Shown piece by piece: positions 18,087 to 27,169 of a stretch of DNA of 64,000 bases. The translations under genes were made by a program, and so were the position numbers. A model generated the notes under the pieces. That model was not told where the DNA came from. It was given only the letters and a program-made list of their open reading frames with translations, and made no database searches. The DNA is from a virus (taxonomy: Duplodnaviria; Caudoviricetes). Position 1 is the first letter of the stretch; every line of letters begins with the position of its first letter. The stretch spans positions 32,001 to 96,000 of IMG/VR virus record IMGVR_UViG_3300037067_027616, one strand, 5' to 3'.

Positions 18087-18299
18087 CTATGCCCTTTCAA
18101 GTTTGCACGCCATGGTTCCTCTGACATGCGGGGCTGAAGAGTCGTAGTTCTCGCATGTCCGGCATGCACAGGAACCTACCATGGCCACCTTACCCTCGAG
18201 GTGCGGGTAGTCGGAGAAGTCGAACATCCTGTTCTTCTTGACCTTATGACCGTGAGGACACGGGGTCACGCAGTGGCGGGCCTTCACTTCGTAGTTCAT
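18087..18299 (-). CDS. Small Cys-rich hypothetical protein
   Basis: TPCPH...VGSCACRTC. Confidence 0.5.
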   Translation of the reverse strand: MNYEVKARHCVTPCPHGHKVKKNRMFDFSDYPHLEGKVAMVGSCACRTCENYDSSAPHVRGTMACKLERA

Positions 18300-18811
18300 G
18301 GTAGAGCTCCTTCTGGGAGCGTGGGCACGATGCGCATAGGATACAGCGGTCCCGAGTCCCTATCCCATTGTTCGGGGGATACAACTTTCTTTTGGATGTC
18401 CCACCACACCTGCTTCATGACTTTGGCCGTTGCCTCTTCCCCCGGGAACCATTGGCACAAGTACCAAAATGAAATGTGTGGCCTTGTGGGATCTGGTATC
18501 ATTTCGCAAACACTTTCCTGCCAGATCTTCCTGTTTTGATCATATAGCCCTGGCATGATCCTTCGCATAACCGTTTGGCGGCCATAGTCGGATCTCTCAT
18601 CGAGGTGTGTCTGTAGTTGCTCCCGCGAGTAGTCATCGGTCGGTACCCACTTCTTAATAAAACGTACGGACACCTTCTTCAAAGCCTTCTCGACGGCCTC
18701 TTGGCAGTCCGGGCAATACTCGGGATGGTTGTACGGGCCGTCCCACCCGCTCGGATGGTACCAATAGAAGGTTCCACAATGGACACATCTGCTATTTTTG
18801 GTCGTGGTCAT
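18296..18811 (-). CDS. Hypothetical protein with N-terminal Zn ribbon
   Basis: CVHC...YCPDC. Confidence 0.55.
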   Translation of the reverse strand: MTTTKNSRCVHCGTFYWYHPSGWDGPYNHPEYCPDCQEAVEKALKKVSVRFIKKWVPTDDYSREQLQTHLDERSDYGRQTVMRRIMPGLYDQNRKIWQESVCEMIPDPTRPHISFWYLCQWFPGEEATAKVMKQVWWDIQKKVVSPEQWDRDSGPLYPMRIVPTLPEGALP

Positions 18812-18844
18812 TGGATACTTACCTTAACACTGTTCATTTTTATT

Positions 18845-19321
18845 TCACGTCCACCCGAACGCGGCTCGTGTGTTTTCAAGGATGTCAGCCACGGACACAT
18901 CGTCCATTTTGAACCGTTTGCGATTTACTGTAATGCTGTAAGCGAGACTGCCATTATCGTGGCGTTCGCTCGCGCTTTTCCAATCAGCGAGAAGCTCTAC
19001 CAAGTCCACCAACGTCATGTCGGCTACGCCGCGCGGGTGGTTCTCCGGGTGGTGCCTGTGGCACGCATAATGGTGGTCAAGGGCAGGCTTGAGATCCTTG
19101 AGCATCTTGGCGTACTGTTTGCTCCCGTACGTGGAAGATTTCAGCCGGGGGGTCTCTCTGTCGAAAATTGGCTTCTCGGGAGGTATCAATTTGGTGCTAT
19201 CGTGATGGATGGCACGCTTGATGATCTCTGCCTGGAACGTGAGAAGTATCTCCTGCACGCGGCGGATATGCTTCAGCGTGTCATCGGTGCTGTCATATGG
19301 TGGCTGTTTCTTCTTCGCCAT
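18845..19321 (-). CDS. HD-like domain protein (DUF5662-like)
   Basis: HDSTKL, HHYACHRHHPE, ELLADW motifs. Confidence 0.75.
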   Translation of the reverse strand: MAKKKQPPYDSTDDTLKHIRRVQEILLTFQAEIIKRAIHHDSTKLIPPEKPIFDRETPRLKSSTYGSKQYAKMLKDLKPALDHHYACHRHHPENHPRGVADMTLVDLVELLADWKSASERHDNGSLAYSITVNRKRFKMDDVSVADILENTRAAFGWT

Positions 19322-19329
19322 AATGGCCC

Positions 19330-20217
19330 TCAATCTATCAATGTGATGGCGGCGCACGAAACGTCATCGTAGTGTTTGACACCGGTCTTCTCACATTCTT
19401 TGCGGAAGGCCTTCATGCGCCTTTGCACAAACTCCCCTGCGAGGGACTTATAACCCGTAACTCGTCTCATCAAACCGTCATTGTCGAATGCAGGAGAGGA
19501 ATCATTCGCTTGGTAACTATCCAAGCCATCGCTGAACAGAACGATTTGCAAAGGTGGTTCGTCAAAAGCACACCCGATGTTATCTATAACATAGGAGTAC
19601 TCTCGGCAAGGCTCATTGTCCCATTGTGTTTCCTTGATTCCCTCTGGGCCATGAAAAGTCTGCCGTATCATCAAATGCCTTCCATCTTTAAACAATGCCT
19701 GATATCCGGCGTCCTTGTCTGGATGCATTTTATATGACAGGTAGTATGGAGCATTGGAGTCGTACGACATGTGAATACATGAGAAATGTTCCTGTGGTTC
19801 TTTGAACTTCACCAATACAGTACCATCTCCTATGGCCAAAACCCTCCAATCAATATAGTTGCGTTCTGGGGTTCTCAATGCGAACGCTGTAAGGAGGGTG
19901 GCATCAAAAGCATCGTATTCCAAACGCATAGAAGTCCGGACGTTGGAGGCCCTATCAAGAACCATATCGTAAAACTCGGACTCCATCCCGCCATCCTCCA
20001 TGAACCTGCTATCGCTGAATCTTCCTCGCGATAGCATGCCAAGGAGCGTATCTTTCGCGATGTGGGTAAGTATACGGGCGCCAACATCGGTGTCCTTGGA
20101 CGATGAACATCCATCGCTGACGATGGCCCAAGTCAAACCGTCCTTCGAACCACTGAGGGCGTAGTCCTGGCACACGGTGTGTGTGGAACCTATCTCGAAG
20201 TAATGGTCGCTATGCAC
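19330..20217 (-). CDS. PP2C-like protein phosphatase (TerY-P type)
   Basis: GSTHTVCQD, VSDGCSS, DATLL, IGDG, FSDGL, DDVS motifs. Confidence 0.85.
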   Translation of the reverse strand: MHSDHYFEIGSTHTVCQDYALSGSKDGLTWAIVSDGCSSSKDTDVGARILTHIAKDTLLGMLSRGRFSDSRFMEDGGMESEFYDMVLDRASNVRTSMRLEYDAFDATLLTAFALRTPERNYIDWRVLAIGDGTVLVKFKEPQEHFSCIHMSYDSNAPYYLSYKMHPDKDAGYQALFKDGRHLMIRQTFHGPEGIKETQWDNEPCREYSYVIDNIGCAFDEPPLQIVLFSDGLDSYQANDSSPAFDNDGLMRRVTGYKSLAGEFVQRRMKAFRKECEKTGVKHYDDVSCAAITLID

Positions 20218-20241
20218 AGCCGCATTCCTTTGGGGTCAAGT

Positions 20242-21030
20242 CTATGCCGCCATCCTGTATCGGTTACCGAGGGTTTTGAAGGCCTCCTCATCAGATTCGA
20301 TCATGGCCTTAAACGCAACGACCTTATCTGTGTTGGGGGCCATTTTTCCATTTACCGCTTTGAGGTATACGCATATCTCCTCTATAACCTTCCCGCCTAC
20401 CCACACCTTTACATGGGATCTGTTGCGATACACTTGATAGGCCGCCCCACTCCTACCCCTCACCATTACGAACCCGTACCGCAGATACCTCTTGAATTCG
20501 TCCTCGGTGACCACCTCGCGGAGGGCTTCCATTGCTATTGCCTCTTCCACACTAATCCGGGAAGCTTCTTCGCACCGGGATTTCACAACAGGTGAAAGGT
20601 TTTGGCGCAACCTTGATAGTTTTATATCGCGTTTGCTTAAATTAAATTCGTTAAATGTGCTGTTGAGAGAAAAATTATAGTTATACAAGGGGGTAAACGT
20701 CGTGTTGCCTGTGAAATCGCCCGCGATGTAATTGTATCCTACCGTTGTATTATTATGAACAACAGCAAAATCTTCAGTCGTGCCAACACGAGTACCGTTT
20801 ATGGTGACTTCTAAATTGGGGTTTGTTACATTATAATTCCTGGAGGTATCTATAACATAGTTGTTCAACGAAGAGTAGATGCGTCTCCTGGTTTCTGGGG
20901 TGTCTTTCATTCCCACATAGCTGTTCAGCATCTCGGACAAATCGGTGCTGTAAGCTGCAGTGCATATCGTTGTGTCAGTCGAGTTACCTGTAAAATAAGT
21001 TGGTACTGTTTTGTTTATTAGTGTGGGCAT
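20242..21030 (-). CDS. Hypothetical protein with conserved C-terminal Cys/PxxD domain (paralog A)
   Basis: C-terminal ~100 aa closely match 21043..22104. Confidence 0.65.
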   Translation of the reverse strand: MPTLINKTVPTYFTGNSTDTTICTAAYSTDLSEMLNSYVGMKDTPETRRRIYSSLNNYVIDTSRNYNVTNPNLEVTINGTRVGTTEDFAVVHNNTTVGYNYIAGDFTGNTTFTPLYNYNFSLNSTFNEFNLSKRDIKLSRLRQNLSPVVKSRCEEASRISVEEAIAMEALREVVTEDEFKRYLRYGFVMVRGRSGAAYQVYRNRSHVKVWVGGKVIEEICVYLKAVNGKMAPNTDKVVAFKAMIESDEEAFKTLGNRYRMAA

Positions 21031-21042
21031 AATACAAACTCC

Positions 21043-22104
21043 TTATCCTACCGCCATCTTGTATACGTTGCCGGCCTTTTCAAAAGCCTTTTCATCGGCT
21101 TGTATCATCGCCTTGAATGCTATGATGTTATCAGTCGGTGGCACGGGCATGTTCAAACGTGAACAGATTTCAGCAACAACTTTGCCCTTCTCCCTAATTT
21201 TAGCATGCCACTTGTTTTTGAAAAGCTGATATTCCCTGCCGCTGTCACCCCTCACCACGATGAATCCTCTTTTAAGATATCTACGCCACTCCGATTCAGT
21301 CAGCATTTCCCGGAGGGACTCCAACGCGACTATCTCCTCATCGGTATTTTTGGTACACACCGAAGGTACGTGGTTGCCCCCCACGTAATATTGATTATCA
21401 AAAACAAACCCATTTGGCATTTCTACATTTACATAGGGCAACTCTTCCCACTCGATTATTTCGGAAAAACGGTCATCACGTATGAATACCTTGAGTTGCC
21501 GTGTTATCCTCCCGAATTCTTCCCTTTCCAGCAACTCAATGGAATCTGGATAAACACACCGTTTAGTTCCGGAGAATTTAGGTATCCTGGGGTAGTCAAG
21601 ATTGACACGGAACAATCTGCTTAAACCATTTGAAGAAACATCATCCCACCTGTCGGTGTTGACGACTTTATCAATCATGACATACATGCCAGCAACTTTA
21701 GAATAGTTTGAATCGGATCTGCATGTCCGTCGAAGCCACGCACCCCATACAGGTTTTTCAGACCCCAAATATTCTTTTATGGTAGAGTCTGCCCACGTTA
21801 CTATTTCTCCAAGCACATTTTCCAATGTGTATGAAGCAACAGGAAATGAAAAAAAGCTTGATTCAACATGCATGTCCGTGTAGTGCGACACGGAGATAAC
21901 ATGCTTCTGTGTCTGTGCCAAAGTGTACTCTCTATTACCCACTCTGCGCCCCCGCCACCCCGCAGGTGCGTCCTCATCAATTTTTACAATTGATAAGGGA
22001 TGCTCGGCGGGGTATGGAATATACGCGGTCACAGGCCTGTTAGATCCTACGTGGCCCGTAATACCCGGGGAAGGTCTGGCATTATACAGCCTTGGTATCA
22101 ACAT
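21043..22104 (-). CDS. Hypothetical protein with conserved C-terminal Cys/PxxD domain (paralog B)
   Basis: LRE..TE.E..RYL..GF..VRG.SG..YQ...EIC...P.TD...AFKAMI..DE.AF...GN.Y.MA shared with paralog A. Confidence 0.65.
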   Translation of the reverse strand: MLIPRLYNARPSPGITGHVGSNRPVTAYIPYPAEHPLSIVKIDEDAPAGWRGRRVGNREYTLAQTQKHVISVSHYTDMHVESSFFSFPVASYTLENVLGEIVTWADSTIKEYLGSEKPVWGAWLRRTCRSDSNYSKVAGMYVMIDKVVNTDRWDDVSSNGLSRLFRVNLDYPRIPKFSGTKRCVYPDSIELLEREEFGRITRQLKVFIRDDRFSEIIEWEELPYVNVEMPNGFVFDNQYYVGGNHVPSVCTKNTDEEIVALESLREMLTESEWRRYLKRGFIVVRGDSGREYQLFKNKWHAKIREKGKVVAEICSRLNMPVPPTDNIIAFKAMIQADEKAFEKAGNVYKMAVG

Positions 22105-22409
22105 CCTTCAGACCAACGAAGAAGGTCGTCTGGTGCATCGGAAGATGTTGTCAGCGCGGCGAAGGTCTTACTTCCGTGCCTGCCCACGATGAGACTCACA
22201 TCTGTGGCTCCGGTTATCTCCAATGCGCCATCGCTGTTTTTGAGTGCCTGGGACGCCTCGGTGAGGTCCTCTTTGAAACCCCTGAAATCTCTTTGGTACT
22301 TGCGTCCATCGTCATCATGGAGGTGTACTTCGCCGACACTCACATGCGCGCGGAATCCATGTATGCGTATCTCGTTTGTGCCACCCATATTGTGTTCCTT
22401 TCTTTTCAA
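22098..22409 (-). CDS. Hypothetical protein
   Basis: Packed operon ORF. Confidence 0.5.
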   Translation of the reverse strand: MKRKEHNMGGTNEIRIHGFRAHVSVGEVHLHDDDGRKYQRDFRGFKEDLTEASQALKNSDGALEITGATDVSLIVGRHGSKTFAALTTSSDAPDDLLRWSEGC

Positions 22410-22418
22410 TAAAAGCTA

Positions 22419-22838
22419 TTAGCCTTTGGCGGTCGGCGGGATCATGAGTATCTCTTCGGCCTCAACATCAAACTCATCGATGCGATGGTTCTTCTTACCC
22501 TTCGCATCGACACTGTACGCCGAGTAACCGCTTTTGACCAGGCTCAAGAACTTATCCTTGGCCTCTTTTGCCTGCTTACCGTTGTTGCTGTCCCACACGA
22601 CCCTCTCATCGCCTTTGTCGTTGAGGATCTTAAGCGTGCGGTTGCCGATGTGGTCAACGGTGGCCATGGCGACAAGTTCCTCGTAATGCGGCCGGAAAAA
22701 CTGCACAGGCTTCCCGTTGGTATCCTGGATGGGCACACCCTTACGTTTGAAAGCCACGAACCACTGCTTGGCCTCCTCGACCTGCTTCTTGCTCTTACTG
22801 TCCCAACACAATCTGGTGTTCATCACAAGTGACTGCAT
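22419..22838 (-). CDS. Two-repeat small protein ending ...ILMIPPTAKG
   Basis: Internal duplication (WDS...Q..EAK..F.....G); RBS GGAGG. Confidence 0.65.
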   Translation of the reverse strand: MQSLVMNTRLCWDSKSKKQVEEAKQWFVAFKRKGVPIQDTNGKPVQFFRPHYEELVAMATVDHIGNRTLKILNDKGDERVVWDSNNGKQAKEAKDKFLSLVKSGYSAYSVDAKGKKNHRIDEFDVEAEEILMIPPTAKG

Positions 22839-22847
22839 GGCACCCTC

Positions 22848-23234
22848 CTACTTGTTTTTGGTTTTCCTGGCCTTGTCAATGAGTTCGCGCAACCTCTCCA
22901 CGACAGCTATACCGCGCCGAGTGAGAGAAAGTTTGTACTCCCCATCGATGTTTTCAACAATGAGGTCGTCATTGTCACCAGACGCCTTGATCACGTGCTT
23001 GTCACCGGGTTTGAGGTCAAGAGGCACCTTGTCGAGTGACTGTTCAAACAAGTCACAATCCTTTTTGAACCGCATTTTGCCATCGGTGATGTGAATCGTT
23101 CCGAACGAATACACCTCCCAATTAAGGTCGTTCGGTTTCGTACCAATGGTGCCCCGTTCAATTATCTTTCCATCGGGATCTGAACCAGACGCTTTTCCAC
23201 CTTTGAACCGTATGAGTTCGAGGTGCTTTTTCAT
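22848..23234 (-). CDS. Hypothetical protein
   Basis: RBS GGAGG, packed operon. Confidence 0.55.
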   Translation of the reverse strand: MKKHLELIRFKGGKASGSDPDGKIIERGTIGTKPNDLNWEVYSFGTIHITDGKMRFKKDCDLFEQSLDKVPLDLKPGDKHVIKASGDNDDLIVENIDGEYKLSLTRRGIAVVERLRELIDKARKTKNK

Positions 23235-23428
23235 GAATCCTCCTTTTTTTCTTTAGATACAGGTTCCATTTCTGTCTTCACGCCGGCAGCTTCCAACTCC
23301 TGTTTGGTACACCGATACATACTCCCACATTTTCCGAGAGGACACGGATCCCCGCAGGAACACGTGCACCGCCCATCCTTACCTATGAGCACAATCTTTT
23401 CACCCATTTGTGGCACCATCCTCTTCAT
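23231..23428 (-). CDS. Small Cys-rich hypothetical protein
   Basis: CTCSCGDPCPLGKCG. Confidence 0.5.
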   Translation of the reverse strand: MKRMVPQMGEKIVLIGKDGRCTCSCGDPCPLGKCGSMYRCTKQELEAAGVKTEMEPVSKEKKEDS

Positions 23429-23846
23429 CTAATCCTGCGGAGTTTGAGCCTGTAAGGCCTGAAATTTCCCCATGCACATTCTTGAAATAATCTTGCCGTT
23501 CTACAACTTCCATCTCAATATCACGTAATAAGCAAGACAACATCATTTTTGATGCCTGCAACTCATCATCCGACATCAGCCTGAAATCGGGGGGTATAGC
23601 CTTTGGTTGCTCATCGGCATCAGTCATTTTAAATAATTCAAAAACCACGCATTTTTCCGCAAGGCCATTCAATAACCTGTCCCTTAAAAGGCATAGATTT
23701 ATATGAAGACTTTTTGGAAGTGCGTGTGCCTCGCTAAAAGTAATTTCACCTTGACTTTGAAGTTGTGGAATTTTGATCACGAGTTTAGGCATCGGAAAAC
23801 TCCTTCCAAAGCCTATGGAGAAAACCTTCAGCTTTATTGGTAGCAT
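23400..23846 (-). CDS. Hypothetical protein
   Basis: Packed operon ORF. Confidence 0.45.
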   Translation of the reverse strand: MLPIKLKVFSIGFGRSFPMPKLVIKIPQLQSQGEITFSEAHALPKSLHINLCLLRDRLLNGLAEKCVVFELFKMTDADEQPKAIPPDFRLMSDDELQASKMMLSCLLRDIEMEVVERQDYFKNVHGEISGLTGSNSAGLDEEDGATNG

Positions 23847-24096
23847 CCAATTCGGTTTCCTTGCTGAAATCCCTGCATGAAGATTTCATTGGAAGTATGT
23901 CTTCATAAAGGATAACACTGTCGTTCTCTGGGAATCGTGTATCCGTTATTTTACCGTTTTTGACCGATCGATAATGGACGTGTCCGCAGTTTGGACAATG
24001 TATCCGGTAGTTTCCGTTGAGGGACACGTTCATCATGAAGTCAAAGTATTTGTGACACCCTCCCGAGCAAAGGAACTCAGTTTTCACCCTAGGCAT
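23785..24096 (-). CDS. Zn-ribbon protein
   Basis: CSGGC...HCPNCGH. Confidence 0.55.
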   Translation of the reverse strand: MPRVKTEFLCSGGCHKYFDFMMNVSLNGNYRIHCPNCGHVHYRSVKNGKITDTRFPENDSVILYEDILPMKSSCRDFSKETELDATNKAEGFLHRLWKEFSDA

Positions 24097-24123
24097 CCGG
24101 AATCCCCTGTCTAATAACCAATG

Positions 24124-24321
24124 TCACGCGCGCACCTCTGGAGCCGCATCCTGGCATTCCTTCTTGTCCCCACAGTACCGCACATTGATGAACATGGTGC
24201 CTGGAGGTGACCCGTGGATCTCCGATACGTCCTTCTTCAAAACCTTTATCACCGTGGTTGGTCGGAGTTCCCCACATACCATACATACGACCTGACCATC
24301 GCTTTTGTCCGGCATACCCAC
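24124..24321 (-). CDS. Small Cys-containing hypothetical protein
   Basis: CMVCG...RYCGD..EC. Confidence 0.5.
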   Translation of the reverse strand: MGMPDKSDGQVVCMVCGELRPTTVIKVLKKDVSEIHGSPPGTMFINVRYCGDKKECQDAAPEVRA

Positions 24322-24324
24322 CCC

Positions 24325-25071
24325 TCAAAACGTCAATGGCTGAGACGGCTTTCCCGTACCCAACGCCTGGGACGTGGACGACACGCTCTTGCTGATGAAG
24401 TCCGCCAACTTCGCCAACCTCGTAGGAGTTGCCGCACCCATCTCCACGAATTGGTCAATGCCGGAGTCAACCTGAAACTTGTTGAGGAGATCCATTACCC
24501 CAGGTTCGGTCCCTACGCCGATAAGCACACTCCGGAAAGACTCGAGCGTTTCGTCCGTGAGTATGCGTTTGATGGCATCTTTGATGACAGTCGGAGACTT
24601 CACCATATGAGAATCGTTCTCCCCGCCATCGGTTATGACAAACATGATAGCGTTGCAGGGAAAGTCCTTGTCGACCAAAGTCTTTCCATACCTCTCCGTA
24701 GACTCTACTGCATCCGCCGTGGCATCATACAAAGCAGTCATACCCCGTGGCTTGAGGATATCATCGTATTCCTTGGGGTCGATGTTGCGCAACTCCCGGA
24801 AACCATGCAACTCCTCAATGTTGCTATTGAACTCCACCAAGCGCAGGAGAAGGTTCTCGGATCGCGGGGACTTCTTGCAGGCCTCGAGTATCTGTTTCAA
24901 GGCCTTCTCCATGTCGTTTTTGTAGGGACCGACCGATGTGGACGTGTCCTGCACGATGGTGACGATGGTGTACTCCGATGCTCCAAGGCTGTTGATGTCA
25001 ACGGCGCTGAATTGGAAGTTGTGTACCGTGTTGTGCGTCTGCATTGGATTCTTGTCGAGAAGCTTCGGCAT
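24325..25071 (-). CDS. vWA-domain protein (TerY-like)
   Basis: MIDAS DTSTS, GMTALYDA, ITDGGENDS. Confidence 0.85.
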   Translation of the reverse strand: MPKLLDKNPMQTHNTVHNFQFSAVDINSLGASEYTIVTIVQDTSTSVGPYKNDMEKALKQILEACKKSPRSENLLLRLVEFNSNIEELHGFRELRNIDPKEYDDILKPRGMTALYDATADAVESTERYGKTLVDKDFPCNAIMFVITDGGENDSHMVKSPTVIKDAIKRILTDETLESFRSVLIGVGTEPGVMDLLNKFQVDSGIDQFVEMGAATPTRLAKLADFISKSVSSTSQALGTGKPSQPLTF

Positions 25072-25130
25072 ATTGCCCTCTCATTCTGTTTGTGTTTTCT
25101 AACTTTGGGTAAAACGCTTTGTATCCACAA

Positions 25131-25499
25131 CTACCAACTTGATTTGAATGGCATGATAGGTATAGGGGAGTCGTCCCCTGAGTCCTGTGAAACACCACGT
25201 TGTGGTATGGCACACATTTGAAATTCACCGTTGTAATACGCCAAAAGGAACTCTCTCATTGAAAGGGTGTCGTTAATAACCGCCACCGTCATATTAGCGT
25301 TGCCAACTTTGATGTTCCTCCACCCCACAAGGTTGATTCGCTTTCTCTCCTCTGCTTGGGCCGCTCGTAGCTCTGATAAACGGAAAGAACCAAAAATGAA
25401 ACCGGAAGCCACCGCTAACATAGCTATTAAGCACAACGTGGCAAATCCACTTTTGGTTCTGTGCGGGTCAATGATGAAACTTTTGAGACATTCAAACAT
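25131..25499 (-). CDS. Membrane-anchored hypothetical protein
   Basis: N-terminal hydrophobic helix. Confidence 0.5.
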   Translation of the reverse strand: MFECLKSFIIDPHRTKSGFATLCLIAMLAVASGFIFGSFRLSELRAAQAEERKRINLVGWRNIKVGNANMTVAVINDTLSMREFLLAYYNGEFQMCAIPQRGVSQDSGDDSPIPIMPFKSSW

Positions 25500-25509
25500 A
25501 GTAAACCCC

Positions 25510-26238
25510 TTACGCCATTGATTTCCAACCGTCCTTCAACATATCCGGACGGTGCTTGCGGCCCCATTCAAGCACGGAGGCATATTTTCGAGCCAATGCA
25601 GGCTTTCCCCCGGCCATCTGTTTGGGGTCATAGGCCATGTCGGCGCCCAAAGCAATACGCACGTATTCCTTGTAACTCGATTCAAGTTTGTCTTGAAGGA
25701 ACCCCGTGATCTTGGCCACCCGTACATCGTAACCTTCTTTTCGGAGATCCTCTTTCAACACGCTGTTGACGTATCCGGTACATATCTCCACTCTGTGAAC
25801 TTCAGGAGAAGCCGAAAAATCATCCTTCATGACTTCCCTGGCTACCCTGGAATACTCGTACAGATACTTTCCCGTGTCAAACACGCCTTTCTTGAACCAC
25901 CGTACATCAACTACGGCGGTCATCATGTTCTGACCATCTGACACGCCAACCATGACTCCGCATAACGGGAAGCCCCACCCTGTATCATCAAGCTGCAGTA
26001 CTTTAAGGCGTGTATCAGGTTTCTTAAATGTTCCATCTGCAAGGGACATTAGAAGATGCTCATCGGGTGTGACCACCGCTCCTGAAGTATATATTTTGAC
26101 ATTCCAAGACGTAGGCACCAAACCCCCGGCGCCTTTGTAAGACACCTTGAGGTACTTGTTGTTTTCGGTGCGCGGCAGAAGGATCCCTTTTGTGCTAAGA
26201 TCCTTCAAAGCCGCTTCCATGTTCGCTGTAGAATTCAT
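25510..26238 (-). CDS. RNase HII/HIII-like protein with N-terminal TBP-like segment
   Basis: VKIYTSGAVV (cf. RNase HIII YxSGKV) and QLDDTGWGFPLCGVMVG (cf. GxDExGxG); start overlaps the upstream stop (ATGA). Confidence 0.6.
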   Translation of the reverse strand: MNSTANMEAALKDLSTKGILLPRTENNKYLKVSYKGAGGLVPTSWNVKIYTSGAVVTPDEHLLMSLADGTFKKPDTRLKVLQLDDTGWGFPLCGVMVGVSDGQNMMTAVVDVRWFKKGVFDTGKYLYEYSRVAREVMKDDFSASPEVHRVEICTGYVNSVLKEDLRKEGYDVRVAKITGFLQDKLESSYKEYVRIALGADMAYDPKQMAGGKPALARKYASVLEWGRKHRPDMLKDGWKSMA

Positions 26239-27167
26239 GCCGTTGCTTTCTGTCCCCATTGATGAATCATAAGCATGTTCAAGCATTTCTCTGCTGCCCA
26301 AACCTTGTTTTTGAATTCGGAAGACCACAGCGTGTGTAGCACAAATCCTCTCGATTCCAAAGCTTCTCTTTTTAGCATCTCTTTGTAACGCGCCTCCCCT
26401 GCTGTGAGGTATGGGTGGAAAACGCACCACCCAATATCTGTGTCAATCATCTCGGGACACGGGTGAAACTTTTCTCCGTTGAACTCCAAAGCTTGTTTCA
26501 AAGAAGTTACAACGAAGTCATATTTGTAATGCTCCCCCTTGTAAGTCATCACGAACTCGTGATTCAATTCAGCAAAATAAGTGTGACTACGGTGTTCTTC
26601 TGGAAGCAGGCGGTACACCCTCCAAAACAAATCTTGACTTTGCTTGGAAGCCGATCTGCTCAAATAGGCAAGGGACGGGACACCGTACACCTTGAGTAAC
26701 GTGGCTTTTAATGCTTCCCGTGCCGAAGGTATCTGCAGTGGGTACTCAACCCCGTATCTCTCAAGCAGACTTATCTTGCTCTTTTCCTTACCTTGACTTG
26801 ACGTCAAATAGAATCGGGACCCATATCTACCAAGGCAGGTCTTCTCACATTTGTTTTTTGTTTCTTGAAGGGAAGAAACCGAGGACACCCCATACCGATC
26901 TTGAACCGTGCGCGTACGTTTTGTTTTGAACTCGACTGTTTGTGTGGCCCTTAATCCACCGTGGCGAATTCTGTCTGTGATCTCAGCTTTTATGCGACCG
27001 CACGACACACACCCCTTACCTGCCCGAAAATTCCTCAAGGTAGTTGTTCTCTCGTTACCGCAGGAGCATATGTACTTCATAGGGAGGTTATACCCTCTAT
27101 ACTCAACATCGAGCAGGGTGCACCCCCTCTCAAAGAACATATTGCGGACAACTTCCGTAGAGAACAT
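26235..27167 (-). CDS. Putative homing endonuclease (Zn ribbon, KxTxxxRYG repeats, C-terminal Vsr/PD-(D/E)XK-like nuclease)
   Basis: YICSCG..GCVSC; four (R/V)YG repeats; YKYDF..ALEFNGEKFH. Confidence 0.75.
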   Translation of the reverse strand: MFSTEVVRNMFFERGCTLLDVEYRGYNLPMKYICSCGNERTTTLRNFRAGKGCVSCGRIKAEITDRIRHGGLRATQTVEFKTKRTRTVQDRYGVSSVSSLQETKNKCEKTCLGRYGSRFYLTSSQGKEKSKISLLERYGVEYPLQIPSAREALKATLLKVYGVPSLAYLSRSASKQSQDLFWRVYRLLPEEHRSHTYFAELNHEFVMTYKGEHYKYDFVVTSLKQALEFNGEKFHPCPEMIDTDIGWCVFHPYLTAGEARYKEMLKREALESRGFVLHTLWSSEFKNKVWAAEKCLNMLMIHQWGQKATA

Positions 27168-27169
27168 AA

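Noticed and set aside
20242-21350. Paralogous C-termini as a DGR template/variable repeat pair
   Set aside because: Similarity is at the protein level with divergent DNA; no adenine-specific pattern and no reverse transcriptase in the window
26239-26430. N-terminal extension of the RNase H-like ORF
   Set aside because: Overlaps the endonuclease C-terminus; the ATGA-coupled start at 26238 is more plausible
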